DNA from: Octopus bimaculoides
Taxonomy: Eukaryota
NCBI RefSeq assembly: GCF_001194135.2
Contig: NC_069002.1
Coordinates: forward strand, 23,233,906-23,272,201
Direction of reading: 5' to 3'
Length of the DNA: 38,296 bases
The position numbers and the translations under genes are program-made. The first letter of the stretch is position 1. Each line of letters begins with the position of its first letter. Shown piece by piece: positions 36,365-38,296 of this stretch. A model generated the notes under the pieces. That model saw nothing but the letters and a program-made list of their open reading frames with translations, ran no database searches and was not told the DNA's origin.

Positions 36365-36555
36365 TTCATCACCATCATACGTTTGATTACTATGTTCATA
36401 TGTATGTATGTATGTATGTATCTATCCATCTGTCTATCTGTATATCTGTGTGTGTCTGTGTGTATGTATGTATGTATGTATGTATGTATCTCTCTATCTA
36501 TATATATATAGATAAGTAGATAGATGGATAGATAGATAGATAGATAGATAGATAT
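36302..36555. repeat. (CAT)n-(TATG)n-(GATA)n compound microsatellite
   Basis: Direct reading. Confidence 0.97.
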
Positions 36556-36938
36556 AGTTCAAATTTATAGAAAACATAAGACAGGTGTAGGAACAACTAG
36601 CAAGTGTATTAGTTTGATGCGCAGGAATAATGGAAAAGTCTTTTACGTTTCATGCCTACGCTCTTTCACAGGAAGGAATAAGAGGAAAAAAATGGAGAGA
36701 GAATGAAAAAACGAGGATAGAAAAAGTGTGTAGTGTTCAGTAAATCAACATGGCAAGTCTATCTATCTATCTATCTATCCATCCATCCATCCATCCATCC
36801 ATCCATCCATCCATCTATCTATGTGTGTGTATATATATATATATATATATGCATCTCTGCATTTTAAATGAATATATATATATATATATATATCTAGATT
36901 TCTCTCTGTCTGTACATCCTTCCATCTCTATCCATCTA

Positions 36939-36996
<58 letters not shown>

Positions 36997-37414
36997 CACA
37001 CATTTACGTATAAATAAAAGTTTCATGCAGTGGAACTGTATTCACAGACTCTCGAGCTGAAAAGAAAATTACATAAACTCCAAACTAATGTACTTGTAGG
37101 TTCAAGGCAGGCTTTGTCTTTAACTTTATATGCATTTTTATGCACATTCAAATGCATGCACTCACACACATGCATATTGTTACGAATATATATGTATATA
37201 TATGCTGTGTGTTCTTTGAGTTATTTAGCTTCTTTCAGCTGCCATAGCTAATTCCATCATTAAATATCATGTTTGGTGCTGACGCTTCTGTGTTCATTAA
37301 TGTTGGTACTGCTGTATATTATGAAGGGAAATTAGTTTTGTATTCATATGCATAGAAATATCGCTGTGCATGCACCTCTGTGTTAGTGTGCATGGGAAGT
37401 TCTTTGTGTGAATT

Positions 37415-37660
37415 TATATGTGTGTGTGTGTGTGAGTATGTGTATACATATATACATACGTATGTGCATAACATACATATATATGTGTGTGTGTGTGTAT
37501 GTGTGTATAAATGTTTTTGTGTATGTACACTTTGAGTAATGTATACGTATGCACATATATATACATACATTTATTTATATATATATACATACATATATAT
37601 ATATATATACATATATACACACATACATTTACACGCACACATGCATATATATATATACAC

Positions 37661-37727
<67 letters not shown>

Positions 37728-37905
37728 TACATCCATATGTGTGTGTGTTGTGATAGACTTAACATGAGCTTAAAAGAGTACATCTCACCTTATCCTAATC
37801 AAAGTGCATTTACACACACACAAATGCATGCACACACTCACCCACCCATACACACACACACTCTCTCTCTCACACACGCACACACACACACACACATACA
37901 TACAC
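37415..37905. repeat. Degenerate TA/CA/TG microsatellite block
   Basis: Direct reading. Confidence 0.95.
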
Positions 37906-38264
37906 AAGCACATGCAAGTAGAAGCCATGCACACAGTCACAGTGCAGTGTAATAGATTTACATAAACACCTGTATTGAAAGCATTCCAGCTGTGCCGACT
38001 TTTAGAGTTCTTCTTTCTCATTCTGATTTTTATATCAATATTGAATATGTTTCTAATACATTAAACCAATTGACATGGACCGAAATAGTTCATTTATTTC
38101 ATCATTTTATGCCCTTGACCAATACATCTAACTATGTTCACACACACACACACATGCGTGTGTATATATTTATATATACAATCCTTTACTTTATAGTTGG
38201 ATACTGTTTCATTAATATTGGATTGAATTTTTAAATGTATTGTATTACAATCTTTTTCTCTCTC

Positions 38265-38296
<32 letters not shown>

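Overview
AT-rich, microsatellite-saturated eukaryotic genomic DNA with several N gaps. The repeat families look like those of octopus (inferred from recalled SINE families; not provable here). No intact protein-coding gene is supported: almost every ORF in the supplied track is a translation of microsatellites, a 16-bp minisatellite, N gaps or transposon debris. Main result 1: about 17 minus-strand segments (28.9 kb down to 0.2 kb) translate, through stops and frameshifts, into pieces that align by eye and in collinear order with an axonemal inner-arm dynein heavy chain. The best recalled match is DNAH1, from the N-terminal tail through the linker (DHC_N2) and AAA1 to the start of AAA2. This reads as a heavily decayed, intron-containing dynein pseudogene. 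Main result 2: several fold-back palindromic elements carry degenerate hammerhead-ribozyme cores (CUGANGA...GAAA), as expected for Penelope-like retroelement ends; the clearest is 26438-26588. The rest is three SINE families, DD37D mariner-type transposase relics, LINE fragments (CR1-like, APE domain, restriction-like endonuclease domain), MITE-like elements and tandem repeats. All protein comparisons were made by eye against remembered sequences and need confirmation by frameshift-aware search.
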